From the NCBI GenBank assembly GCA_946624925.1, contig CAMOSO010000072.1:9029-73028 (forward strand): a DNA stretch of 64,000 bases, given 5' to 3'. Below are positions 46,623 to 55,653 of the stretch, piece after piece. The stretch is from an uncultured Bacteroidales bacterium. GTDB lineage: Bacteria; Bacteroidota; Bacteroidia; Bacteroidales; UBA3824. The notes under the pieces were generated by a model. That model saw only the letters and a program-made list of their open reading frames with translations, was not told where the DNA came from and did not search any database. How positions within the stretch are numbered: the stretch's first letter is position 1; every line of letters starts with the position of its first letter. The position numbers were made by a program, and so were the translations under genes.

Positions 46623-47717
46623 TCAAAACCATTTCTCCAAACCTCTTACACCTTCCCTCACTTCATCAATAATATCCTTGCATCGTTTTTCAGAAATTTT
46701 GATGTTTTTGCCGACGAAAATCATATCTGCGTCGTTGGGCAAACCGTTGAAATTCACAGTTGTAGCGTGTTCGCCGAGGGTGTTGTCGTTTGTGAGGTCG
46801 TAGGCGGGCGAAAGATGCCAACGACCGTTTTTATAAATAAATGAAAAATTGCGGGCGTGGTCATCTAAATTTTTGGCAATAACGTTGAAAGCCATTCTAC
46901 GAAATTGTTGTTCGACCTCTTGCGAACTTTGTGTCAGATAGCCTGTAAGTTGCAAAAGCGAGTTGTAATCCATTTTAGGCGGGGTGATTGGCTCGTTCAA
47001 AAGTCCACTTGCCGTAACAACGTGCAGCCGTTCCCCGTTTGGTAAAATGTCAAAACGCTTTACCCCGAAATATTTGCCATCAAATAGTTTAAAATCAGGG
47101 ACATCGATTCCACATTTGCGTGCTGCAAGATTATAAGCATATTCGATTTCACCGATGTCTTTGCGGTCGTAAATATGACGAAATTTCACAATCCAATGCC
47201 CGTCTGCATCGGTGTAAAGGCATTTTGGACGTGCGCCACCTGAATTACCGCTCTTGTTGAATAACATTCCGGCGGCAGAATCGGTCTTTTCGGAAAGAAC
47301 ATCGTTGATAATCTGTTGCATTTGGTCAAAAGAACCGTCAAAACTGTCGTTAATTACCTTGTTTTCAGGTATATAACACAACGCCCCAAGACCACCACTT
47401 CCCACAAGACTTAGTTTTTGCACAGGTGTAAGCGATTGATAATCAATGCTATTCTTTTTTAACACCTTGTTTATGAGATATTCGCCGTAACCTCCGGGCA
47501 ATGAATCTTCAAAAACGCCGAAATTGCCGTTAAAAGGTTGATAATCAGCAGTAAAAATACCTGATTTTAACGGCAGTTTTAATGGCGAAATCGAAAAGCC
47601 GTCAACAAGCCACTGTTTGTCGTACTCAAAACTGCAAACACCGCGCTTTCTGCAAGTAAGTGTACCAACTTTTTTGCCGTGATACAACACGTTTACTAAC
47701 AACAACTTATCTATCAT
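46623..47717 (-). CDS. hipA: HipA-family serine/threonine kinase toxin
   Basis: HipA N-terminal coupling domain (VGTLT...FEYD..W) and C-terminal kinase motifs (SGGARPKC, NLDDHARNFSFIY, LSPAYDL). Overlaps the upstream HTH gene by 4 nt. Confidence 0.85.
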   Translation of the reverse strand: MIDKLLLVNVLYHGKKVGTLTCRKRGVCSFEYDKQWLVDGFSISPLKLPLKSGIFTADYQPFNGNFGVFEDSLPGGYGEYLINKVLKKNSIDYQSLTPVQKLSLVGSGGLGALCYIPENKVINDSFDGSFDQMQQIINDVLSEKTDSAAGMLFNKSGNSGGARPKCLYTDADGHWIVKFRHIYDRKDIGEIEYAYNLAARKCGIDVPDFKLFDGKYFGVKRFDILPNGERLHVVTASGLLNEPITPPKMDYNSLLQLTGYLTQSSQEVEQQFRRMAFNVIAKNLDDHARNFSFIYKNGRWHLSPAYDLTNDNTLGEHATTVNFNGLPNDADMIFVGKNIKISEKRCKDIIDEVREGVRGLEKWF

Positions 47718-48028
47718 ACGCCCCTCCTTCTTGTGCTGTTTTTGTTGATTTCCAAAAGTTCTTCCATTGTGTCGTACTTAGGTTCGGAGAGAAGGTTCAT
47801 AATCTCTTCGGAATAGCCTAACGCCTTGGCTATCTTTACGAAAGATTCGAGCGAGATGGAGTGTTTCAATTCAAAACGCTGAATTGTTGGTGCCGGCACG
47901 CCGCTCATTTGCGCAAGAGTTTTGGTGGAGAATTTCTTCTCCAATCGCCTTGCTTTCAGGTTTTCAGCAAGACGCCGCATCGTTACCTCCAATGGGTACG
48001 GGTCAAAAACGTATTTGTTAAATTCCAT
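47714..48028 (-). CDS. XRE-family HTH antitoxin (HipB-like)
   Basis: HTH segment FSTKTLAQMSGVPAPTIQRFELKHSISLESFVKIAKALG. Start trimmed to the ATG (MEFNKY). TAccTTTG -7 box at 48055-62 on the minus strand. Confidence 0.75.
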   Translation of the reverse strand: MEFNKYVFDPYPLEVTMRRLAENLKARRLEKKFSTKTLAQMSGVPAPTIQRFELKHSISLESFVKIAKALGYSEEIMNLLSEPKYDTMEELLEINKNSTRRRGV

Positions 48029-48092
48029 AATCAAATAGTGTTTTGTTGATGTAGCAAAGGTAACATATTTCCTTCTAATCTCAAAATTTTAC

Positions 48093-48156
48093 GCATAATA
48101 TTTTATGTATAAATCGCTATTTTTGCGAATTACACATAATATATTATGTATAAATC
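48093..48156. promoter_or_regulatory. Two ~23-bp direct repeats, each containing a palindrome; candidate HipB operators
   Basis: GCATAATATTTTATGTATAAATC (48093-115) and ACATAATATATTATGTATAAATC (48134-156). The second contains the perfect 16-bp palindrome ACATAATATATTATGT. Both lie just upstream of the hipB promoter box. Confidence 0.5.
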
Positions 48157-48194
48157 ACAATAAACATTCCGACAACAATAATTAATTTTGTTGT

Positions 48195-48866
48195 TTACAA
48201 TCCCGCAATCTCCTCAAAACTCCCCACCATCCAATCGCACTTCGACTTTGCAAGCATTTCGGCGGTGTGGTTGCCATACGTAACGGCGCAAGTCTTGCAG
48301 CCGGCGGCGTTGCCCATATCAATGTCGAAGGTTGTATCGCCGACTACAAGGACTTCATGCGGTGCGAGGTTCATCTTTTTAAGAAGATAATTGACCATAT
48401 CGGGCGCGGGCTTGGGCGCAAAACCGTTGTCGCGGGTTACAAGTTCGTCAAAATAATCCAAAATGCCGTTCTTGGTCAATATCAGGCGCAACGAACCTAT
48501 GCCGCGAGATGTTACAATCGCCAATTTAACGCCCTTAGAACGTAATTGCTGGAGCGTCTGCGCCACGCCGGGGAAAATGCGTGTATTTGGGAGTTCCACC
48601 TCGCTGAAAAGACGTTGGTAGGTCTTGACGGCAAGTTCGCGACGGGCATTGTCGAGGTTGCCAAGTTTTTGGAGCGCGTCGCCGAGGAGCATACCAATCG
48701 TAGCCCGCATCTCATCTGCGGGAGGCAGCGTAATGTCAAGTTCCTTGAAAGTTGCCGTCATCGTGGCGAGGATGCCGTTGACAGTGTCGGCGATAGTGCC
48801 GTCAAAATCGAAAAATATTGCCTTGAAGTTTTGCATTGTGGGATAATTAATTACATTAGACGACAT
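48195..48866 (-). CDS. HAD-superfamily hydrolase (phosphoglycolate phosphatase-like)
   Basis: FFDFDGTIADT (DxDxT), ...VTSR..., ...VGDTTFDIDMGNAAG. Confidence 0.85.
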   Translation of the reverse strand: MSSNVINYPTMQNFKAIFFDFDGTIADTVNGILATMTATFKELDITLPPADEMRATIGMLLGDALQKLGNLDNARRELAVKTYQRLFSEVELPNTRIFPGVAQTLQQLRSKGVKLAIVTSRGIGSLRLILTKNGILDYFDELVTRDNGFAPKPAPDMVNYLLKKMNLAPHEVLVVGDTTFDIDMGNAAGCKTCAVTYGNHTAEMLAKSKCDWMVGSFEEIAGL

Positions 48867-48872
48867 AATTAT

Positions 48873-49907
48873 TTACTTTAATGACTGTTCAACGAAACCT
48901 TTCGTCTTCTTCACGCCAAATCCGCCGTCGCCCGTGGCATAGATAAAATATCCTTCCACATTGGGCAACGAATCAAGGAATTGAAATCCGCGCTCCATAC
49001 CCATCACCATTACAGCCGTTGCAAGCGCGTCGCCATCGATGGCAAGGTCGCTGAGTACAGAAACAGACAACAGGCTGTCGTCCTTTGGGTAGCCGGTTTT
49101 GGGATTGAGTTCGTGGCTGTATTTCTTGCCGTCAACCTTTAAAAAATTCCTGTAATCTCCTGATGTACAGAGCGATTTGCCGGTGATGCGAACCACGGTG
49201 TTGTACTCGCGGTTTTGCTCCGTGGAGCCGTCGATTGGGCTGTCGATGGCAATGCGCCAATTGTCGCCGTAAGGATTACAGCCTACTGCGCGAGTCTCGC
49301 CGCCAATCTCCACAAGATAATCGGTGTAGCCATTAGCCTTCAAATAATCACAAATCAAATCCACGCTGTAACCCTGCGCATTGGCGTTGAAATTGAGAGT
49401 AAGCCTCGGGTCGTCCTTGATGATGCGGCTGTTTTCGATGCGCACCTTGTCCATACCGACAAATTGAAGCACCGAATCCAACTCCTTCTGCGACGGTTTG
49501 CGGAGGTCGGTGTGCTTGCCAAAACCCCAGGCGTTGACGAGCGGGCGGCAAGTCGGGTCAAAAAGTCCGTCGGTGAGGGCGTACATACGTTGCGACTGTT
49601 GGAACACCGCCGTAATTACACCGTCGGGCGCAACGTCCTCATTGTTGTTGATTTTGGTGAGGAGCGACTCCTTGTTGTACGTCGAAATAGAATAGTCGAA
49701 AGCCTTCAAAATCGAATCGAACTTCGGCGTGAGGTCTTCGCCATTGAAACTCTTGTAAGTAATGTGCCACGTAGTGCCCTGCGCACGTCCCTGCGCCAAC
49801 ATATATTGCGTGTCGGTGGGTTTGCCCTGCCTATTGGCGCATGACGACGCCATCAACAATGCACACACGGCAGCACAAGCGATTTTTAATGTATTTTTTG
49901 TGTTCAT
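48873..49907 (-). CDS. apbE: FAD:protein FMN transferase (ApbE) lipoprotein
   Basis: Start trimmed to MNTKNTLKIACAAVCALLMASSC. ApbE blocks ...STYNKESLL...GFGK...AQGYSVD...IGGE...SGDY...HELNPKTG...ALATA. Confidence 0.85.
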   Translation of the reverse strand: MNTKNTLKIACAAVCALLMASSCANRQGKPTDTQYMLAQGRAQGTTWHITYKSFNGEDLTPKFDSILKAFDYSISTYNKESLLTKINNNEDVAPDGVITAVFQQSQRMYALTDGLFDPTCRPLVNAWGFGKHTDLRKPSQKELDSVLQFVGMDKVRIENSRIIKDDPRLTLNFNANAQGYSVDLICDYLKANGYTDYLVEIGGETRAVGCNPYGDNWRIAIDSPIDGSTEQNREYNTVVRITGKSLCTSGDYRNFLKVDGKKYSHELNPKTGYPKDDSLLSVSVLSDLAIDGDALATAVMVMGMERGFQFLDSLPNVEGYFIYATGDGGFGVKKTKGFVEQSLK

Positions 49908-50053
49908 TTGGTCGTGAAATTTTCGTCCGCAAAGATACAAAAATTGCGGAAAAACTGCAAAACTCCATTTTATTTGCTGCATTATTCCACCGCAAATTAT
50001 TTCTCAAAAAACAAACTAATCCCGAATTTTGCCCCATAAAAAAGTTTTGAAAA

Positions 50054-50944
50054 ATGACACATCTAAACGAATTAGAAGCGGAATCAATTTATATACTGCG
50101 CGAAGTGGCTGCGCAGTTTCAACGTCCGGCAATATTGTTTTCGGGCGGAAAGGATTCCATTGTGGTAACATACTTGGCTTACAAGGCGTTCTATCCTGCC
50201 AAATTGCCGTTTCCGTTGGTGCATATCGACACGGGACACAATTTTCAAGAGACTCTCGACTACCGCGACGAACTTGTAAAACGTCTCAATGCCGAACTCA
50301 TTGTTGGCTCGGTTCAAAAGAGCATCGACACCGGTCGCGTAAAGGAAGAAACTGGTTACAACGCATCGCGCAACGCCCTGCAAACCACCACATTACTCGA
50401 TACTATTGAGGAATACAAATTTGACGCTTGCATTGGCGGAGCACGCCGCGACGAGGAGAAAGCCCGCGCCAAGGAACGTATTTTTTCGCACCGCGACGAG
50501 TTTGGTCAGTGGAATCCCAAAAACCAACGTCCCGAACTTTGGAACATTCTCAACGGCAAGAAAAATATGGGCGAACATTTCCGCGTGTTCCCCATCTCAA
50601 ATTGGACCGAAATGGACGTTTGGCAGTACATCTCCCGCGAAAAAATTCCGCTGCCGAGCCTCTATTACACCCACACCCGCAAATGCTTTTTCCGTGATGG
50701 ACAGTGGCTTGCCGCCGAACCGTGCATCAAACGCCGTCCCGAAGAGGAAGTGGTAGAAAAGCAAGTTCGCTGCCGCACCATTGGCGACATAACTTGCACA
50801 GGATTAACACTTTCCACTGCGCACTCCATCGAAGACATCATTGCCGAAACAGCCGCAACCCGCGTAACAGAGCGCGGCGGACGTGCCGACGACAAACGCA
50901 GCGAAACTGCTATGGAGGACAGGAAGATTAATGGGTATTTTTAA
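50054..50944 (+). CDS. cysD: Sulfate adenylyltransferase subunit 2
   Basis: LEAESIYILREV...ILFSGGKDS (PP-loop)...HIDTGHNF...RRDEEKARAKERIFS...; typical length of 296 aa. Confidence 0.9.
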   Translation: MTHLNELEAESIYILREVAAQFQRPAILFSGGKDSIVVTYLAYKAFYPAKLPFPLVHIDTGHNFQETLDYRDELVKRLNAELIVGSVQKSIDTGRVKEETGYNASRNALQTTTLLDTIEEYKFDACIGGARRDEEKARAKERIFSHRDEFGQWNPKNQRPELWNILNGKKNMGEHFRVFPISNWTEMDVWQYISREKIPLPSLYYTHTRKCFFRDGQWLAAEPCIKRRPEEEVVEKQVRCRTIGDITCTGLTLSTAHSIEDIIAETAATRVTERGGRADDKRSETAMEDRKINGYF

Positions 50945-50965
50945 TTAAAAAAATAATTCAAATGC

Positions 50966-51012
50966 AAAATCATTGACTATCATTTAATTATGATTGGTCA
51001 ATGATTTTTTTT
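50966..51012 (+). terminator. Rho-independent terminator after cysD
   Basis: AAAATCATTGAC / GTCAATGATTTT stem followed by a T-run. Confidence 0.7.
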
Positions 51013-51057
51013 ATTATTTTGTACATTTTTTTGCAAAACTTTCGTTATATTTGCAGT

Positions 51058-51330
51058 GTCGGATAAGATGGCGACATACATAGCCATTCTGATTCCTTCA
51101 AGGACGTTTTATTGACGCGAATCTACTAATCGCAAAACTTCGCAACTTTTGTTATAGGGTAGAGTAAACGGCAATGCAACGTCCGCGTTTATGTGATATA
51201 TATGGGTTTAATACGCCTAATATATATTCTGACGTGGACTTTTGCGTTGCTTATCTCATCCTATAAAGGCAATGCGAAGGCCTGCGATTAGTGGGATAAG
51301 TTGATGTAAAAAACTCCCACGTCTTTTTTG
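51058..51330 (+). ncRNA. Structured ~270-nt ncRNA immediately upstream of the reverse transcriptase (DRT-type RT-associated ncRNA candidate)
   Basis: TAtaTTTG -7 box at 51046-53. The core is a ~170-nt irregular hairpin built from long-range pairs 51125-33/51284-92, 51138-44/51273-79, 51152-60/51258-66, 51176-81/51245-50 and 51181-88/51232-39, plus an AT-rich apical stem. A 3' hairpin 51291-96/51315-20 is followed by a T-run at 51324-29. No plausible ORF. Confidence 0.6.
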
Positions 51331-51386
51331 TGTTTAATTCCGAGTTTGGGTGAGCGTTCGGCGGAGAAAAATCTTATTGTCAAAAA

Positions 51387-52877
51387 ATGGCAGAAAGAAT
51401 TACAGAATTATCCGCAGACGATGCAAGGAACTTCTTCCTTAATGCGAAGTGTTATTCGACAATAGATTTGCCGAAGTACTTTGATTTTCAACCGTTGTTG
51501 GATAAGTTGTCAACAGAAATGTCAGGAATAGATTATTCAAGGATTACAAGCGATTCGCCAAGAAAATTTGACAATGTAAACTACAAATTTTACCAAAACA
51601 AGGATGGCAATTTGGCGTGGCGCAAGATGGAGATTATTAACCCTGTTTTGTATATCAAGTTGGTTGGTATTATAACAGAACCGCATAATTGGGCATTGTT
51701 GCAAACGCATTTCAAAAATTGTTCGGCAAGCGACAAAATAGAGTGTCATAGTATTCCGTTCAATTTTGAAACATCGGACATATCTGCCAATTCTGTTATC
51801 AATTGGTGGGATCGAGTTGAACAGCAATCACTTGAACTATCTCTGAAATATGAATGGCTTGCTAATACAGACATTACCGATTGTTATGGCACATTATATA
51901 CCCACACAATTGTTTGGGCATTGCATACTAAGTCTGTTGCAAAACAAAATCCAAACGATAGGTCATTGCTCGGTAATAAAATAGATACTGAGTTGGAAGA
52001 AATGAACTATCGTCAAACCAACGGTATTCCACAAGGTAGTATTTTGATGGATTTTATTGCCGAAATCGTTTTAGGTTATGCAGATACATTGTTATTGGAC
52101 AAGATAGGTAACTCAATTCCCGATTTCAAGATTCTGCGTTACAGAGACGACTACCGTATTTTCACAAAGACGAAAGAAGATGCAGTGAAAATTTTGCGTC
52201 TGTTGTCTGTGGTTCTGACTGATTTGAACTTCAAACTCAACAATCAAAAAACATTTGTAACACAAGAACTTATCACAGATGCAATTAAACCTGACAAGTT
52301 GTATTGGAACAGTGTCAAGCAAGAGGAAACATCATTGCAGAAACATTTGTTGATTATCCATAAATTGTCGAAAGAATATCCCAATTCAGGAAGCATATCA
52401 AGAGCGTTGACCGACTTTATGGGAAGAATAACGCCTAATAAAATTCAGGGACAAAATTTGGCTGTTCTTGTTGCAATCCTGACAGACATCGCCCTTCACA
52501 ATTCAAAGGTATATGCCTTGGTTGCCGCGACTATTGCAAAAATTGTTTCATACGAACCTGACAATACAAAAAAAGAGGAACTATACAAATTAGTTGCCCA
52601 AAAATTGAGTGTTCTTCCCAACATTGGCTATCTGTTGGTTTGGTTGCAACGTATGGTTATCAAAGACAACATAGTGATTGACAAATGCAACGAGGAAGAT
52701 TTATGTCAAATTGTCAACGACACAAAAAACGCCTGTGACCTTTGGAATAATTGTTGGCTTAATGATACATTCAAAAATCACATTAGAAACACGCCAATAA
52801 TCAACCGTCAGGCATTGGATTCGCTGCCATCCGTCCCCGACGACAACGAGGTGAAACTTTTTATTAACAAATACTAA
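51387..52877 (+). CDS. Stand-alone defence-type reverse transcriptase (UG/Abi class, DRT2-like architecture): N-terminal extension, RT palm/fingers, and a helical alpha-repeat-like C-terminal domain
   Basis: RT motifs TDITDCYGTLYTHTIVWALH (motifs 1/2), NGIPQGSILMDFIAEIVL (motif 4), ILRYRDDYRIFT (motif 5, YxDD) and LNFKLNNQKT (motif 6), followed by ~200 aa of helical repeats. No retron VTG/YADD context, no maturase X or endonuclease domain, and no partner effector gene. Confidence 0.85.
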   Translation: MAERITELSADDARNFFLNAKCYSTIDLPKYFDFQPLLDKLSTEMSGIDYSRITSDSPRKFDNVNYKFYQNKDGNLAWRKMEIINPVLYIKLVGIITEPHNWALLQTHFKNCSASDKIECHSIPFNFETSDISANSVINWWDRVEQQSLELSLKYEWLANTDITDCYGTLYTHTIVWALHTKSVAKQNPNDRSLLGNKIDTELEEMNYRQTNGIPQGSILMDFIAEIVLGYADTLLLDKIGNSIPDFKILRYRDDYRIFTKTKEDAVKILRLLSVVLTDLNFKLNNQKTFVTQELITDAIKPDKLYWNSVKQEETSLQKHLLIIHKLSKEYPNSGSISRALTDFMGRITPNKIQGQNLAVLVAILTDIALHNSKVYALVAATIAKIVSYEPDNTKKEELYKLVAQKLSVLPNIGYLLVWLQRMVIKDNIVIDKCNEEDLCQIVNDTKNACDLWNNCWLNDTFKNHIRNTPIINRQALDSLPSVPDDNEVKLFINKY

Positions 52878-52944
52878 AAAATGTGTAACCTTTTGGCGGA
52901 AATTGACACTAATGATTGTAAAACTAATAAATAACATACACAAA

Positions 52945-54120
52945 ATGAAAGCAAAATTTCTCATTCTCAGTTTGTTGATTGGGCTAATCAACATTGTGTC
53001 CTGTAACAACGGAAAAGATGAAAACATCCTCATCCCCGCTGGATTCGGCGACAAATGCGGTTTCATCGACAGAAACGGCAATTGGATAATCAACCCTCAA
53101 TTCACAGAAGTATACAACTTCGGTGAAAACGAATTGGCAGCAGCAAAATCCGATGACAAATGGGGATACATCGACAAACTTGGGCAATGGGTAATCAATC
53201 CTCAGTTTGACAAGGCGTACAACTTTGGAGAAAATGTATTGGCACCTGTCAAGATGGATGACAAATGGGGTTACATAGACAAGACAGGCAAATTGATTGT
53301 CAATCCGCAATTTGACAAGGCATACGCTTTCTCGAAAAACGGTTTGGCTGCCATCGAAATGGATGGCAAATGGGGATTCATCGATAAAACCGGCAAAATT
53401 GTCATAAATCTTCAATTCGATTCTGCATCAGGATTTGGCGATGATGAATTGTCTGGTGTAAAATTGAACGACTTATGGGGATACATTGACAAAACTGGTA
53501 AAATATTAATCAATCCTCAATTTGACGATGTAAACGGTTTCTCAGAAAACGGATTATGCGCAGTCAAAACCAACGGCAAGTGGGGATACATCGACAAAAC
53601 CGGCAAAATGCTAATCAACCCTCAGTTTGACGAAACATACGGTTTCACTAAAAACGGACTCGCATTGGTAAAGTTGAACGACAAGTGGGGATACATTGAC
53701 AATTCTGGTAAAATGGTAATCAATCCACAATTTGATGACGCTTATTATTTTGCCGAGAATGGATTGGCATCAGCCAAGGTAAACAAAAAATGGGGATTCA
53801 TTGATAAAACAGGAAAACTGATTATCAATCCGCAATTCGACCACGCAGACAGTTTTTGGGCTAATGGTTATGTAGCCGTAAAACTAAATGAGAAATGGGG
53901 CTGCATTGACAAGACTGGCAAAATAATCATTAATCCTCAGTATGACGACGTACTTGTACACAAGGACATTATTTTCGTCGGACAAAAGAAGGACGGAAGA
54001 AAATACGAAGACCCGAAATGGGGAATTGTTGACAAAGAAGGTAATGTAGTTGCAATTCCTCAGTTCGACTGGGTAATTGATTCTTACTGCAACTATAATC
54101 ATTCGTGGTTTAACGACTAA
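52945..54120 (+). CDS. WG-repeat (KWG) lipoprotein
   Basis: Lipobox INIVSC. About 11 copies of DKWGYIDKTGK..INPQFD.A..F.ENGLA.VK. Confidence 0.8.
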   Translation: MKAKFLILSLLIGLINIVSCNNGKDENILIPAGFGDKCGFIDRNGNWIINPQFTEVYNFGENELAAAKSDDKWGYIDKLGQWVINPQFDKAYNFGENVLAPVKMDDKWGYIDKTGKLIVNPQFDKAYAFSKNGLAAIEMDGKWGFIDKTGKIVINLQFDSASGFGDDELSGVKLNDLWGYIDKTGKILINPQFDDVNGFSENGLCAVKTNGKWGYIDKTGKMLINPQFDETYGFTKNGLALVKLNDKWGYIDNSGKMVINPQFDDAYYFAENGLASAKVNKKWGFIDKTGKLIINPQFDHADSFWANGYVAVKLNEKWGCIDKTGKIIINPQYDDVLVHKDIIFVGQKKDGRKYEDPKWGIVDKEGNVVAIPQFDWVIDSYCNYNHSWFND

Positions 54121-54255
54121 ATTGCGCAGATAATGAAAGCAATTATGTTAACAATGTTTATGTCGTTAGCAGTAATATGTGCGAGCGCGCAATTTTTCAT
54201 AAGTTGCGACCAACGCACATACTGCAAATGGAACGACGATACCCCAAAGTACGAT

Positions 54256-54405
54256 GTATGCGAAACCTGTACCCAACTCAATCAAAAAATTGGTAATATT
54301 GTTGAGCAACGAATCTTTCAATAAACGCTCATTATATCTGCCTGTTATGCCCGTAAACGCAAAATTGTAAGGGTCTTTGGTAAGTTCCTGAGCGAGGTCG
54401 CACAT
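54256..54405 (-). pseudogene. Fragment of a DUF1016 (YhcG-like PDDEXK nuclease) gene
   Basis: ...KDPYNFAFTGITGRYNERLLKDSLLNNITNFLIELGTGFAY matches the central KDPY.F.FL...E..LE......FLLELG.GF block of DUF1016. An intact paralog lies at 55654-56799. Both flanks are unrelated sequence. Confidence 0.5.
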
Positions 54406-55390
54406 CTCGTTTGGTTTTATAAAGCGATGATATGCTGTATTTTACGCCAATTCCCGCAAACCAATAGTTGAAATTCTTGTCGATTACCGGCACCTCAATC
54501 GTAATAGGTCCGTCAAAATGGTCTTCGGCAATGACAGCCACCTGCGGCAACATTCCGCTTTTGATGGTTTTTAGTTGGTTTTCAGCAAGATACGCCGCCT
54601 CTTGCGAAATCCTTACATTCACACCATTGTCTGCGTAAGAGTTTTGTAGCGTTGTATCGTTAAGATTTTCAACCATTTGCGCAATCTGTACGGTGTCGGG
54701 TGCAAAATCGTTTTTGCCTTCGTAACCCGTTGCCGTGGCTATCCGTCGGTAAAGTATCTGCAACCCGTCGGCCACTTTGCGCTTCGAGAGCAAAAGACTC
54801 TCTTTTTGGAGTTCGTAACGCAAAATATCGTTGCTGAGAGCCGTTCCTTGCGCCTCCATAACTCGCATATTTTCAATAACAACGTCGCACAGACGGAGGT
54901 TCTCGTCGAGGACGGCGGTCTGATTCCAAAGTCGGCAAATATCGAGATAATATCCCGCAATCATCAGCCTGAGGTTCTGACGCTCACTTTCAAGATTGAG
55001 GGCGGCAATATTGCGACCCGATTCGGCGGTCTTGACGGCATTTTTCACCGCGCCTCCACCATAAATCAACTGACTCGCCTGCACCGAAAAACTGTTCATA
55101 AAGTGCGGATTGTCAACGTGTAAAGAGTTTTTGAAATTTCTATCGGTCAACACGCCGTCGCCGAGATAGCCGATGCTGAGGCTTGCATTAAGGTCGGGCA
55201 GATTGCCGCTTTTGGCAGCCTCCACAGCGAGATTTGCGGCGTCGAGTTCGCTCTTCATCACCTTGATAGACGTGCTGTTGCGCTCAGCCTCGTCCCAAAG
55301 ATGTTGGAGCGTTACCACCTCGCCCTGCGCCCAAAGTTGCGCACTGAGCGTCATTGCCACAGCAAAACTGATAATTTTTTGTAATTCCAT
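54401..55390 (-). pseudogene. 3'-truncated TolC-family outer-membrane efflux protein gene
   Basis: Signal peptide plus ~330 aa of TolC/OEP-like sequence. It then switches abruptly (~54400) to a 22-aa unrelated tail and a stop; about 100 aa of the second OEP repeat are missing. Confidence 0.55.
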
Positions 55391-55435
55391 TCTATTAAAT
55401 AATTAATCTCAAAGTTCAATTCAATTTCGTCAGGG

Positions 55436-55494
55436 CGCAAAAAAACAGACGGCAGCCAAGAACCGCAATTGGTATCTTGGGCTGCCGTCTGTTT
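55436..55494 (-). terminator. Rho-independent terminator for the DUF1016 gene
   Basis: AAACAGACGGCAGCC / GGCTGCCGTCTGTTT 15-bp stem. The minus-strand reading is followed by a T-run. Confidence 0.75.
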
Positions 55495-55653
55495 ATCGGA
55501 TAACGGTTAACGCTTGATGCACCCCGCCACGGATGCTTTTTTTTGTACGCCCGGCTTGTCAAAATTTTCGGGCACAAAATTACAGATTATTCCAATAACT
55601 TGTAACCCCGATATATGGCGGAATTAATAAAAAATTAATATTGTAGGGGATTG

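Noticed and set aside
51387-52877. Retron or group II intron interpretation of the RT
   Set aside because: The RT is much longer than retron RTs and lacks their conserved VTG/YADD context. There is no adjacent effector, no msr/msd-style inverted repeats flanking a short stem-loop pair, no maturase X, DNA-binding or endonuclease domains, and no intron domain V/VI-like RNA downstream.
54133-54324. 63-aa ORF with a signal peptide, as a real gene
   Set aside because: Only the first ~40 codons look like a secreted-protein start. The rest is antisense to the DUF1016 fragment, so it is most likely a truncated stub at a rearrangement junction.
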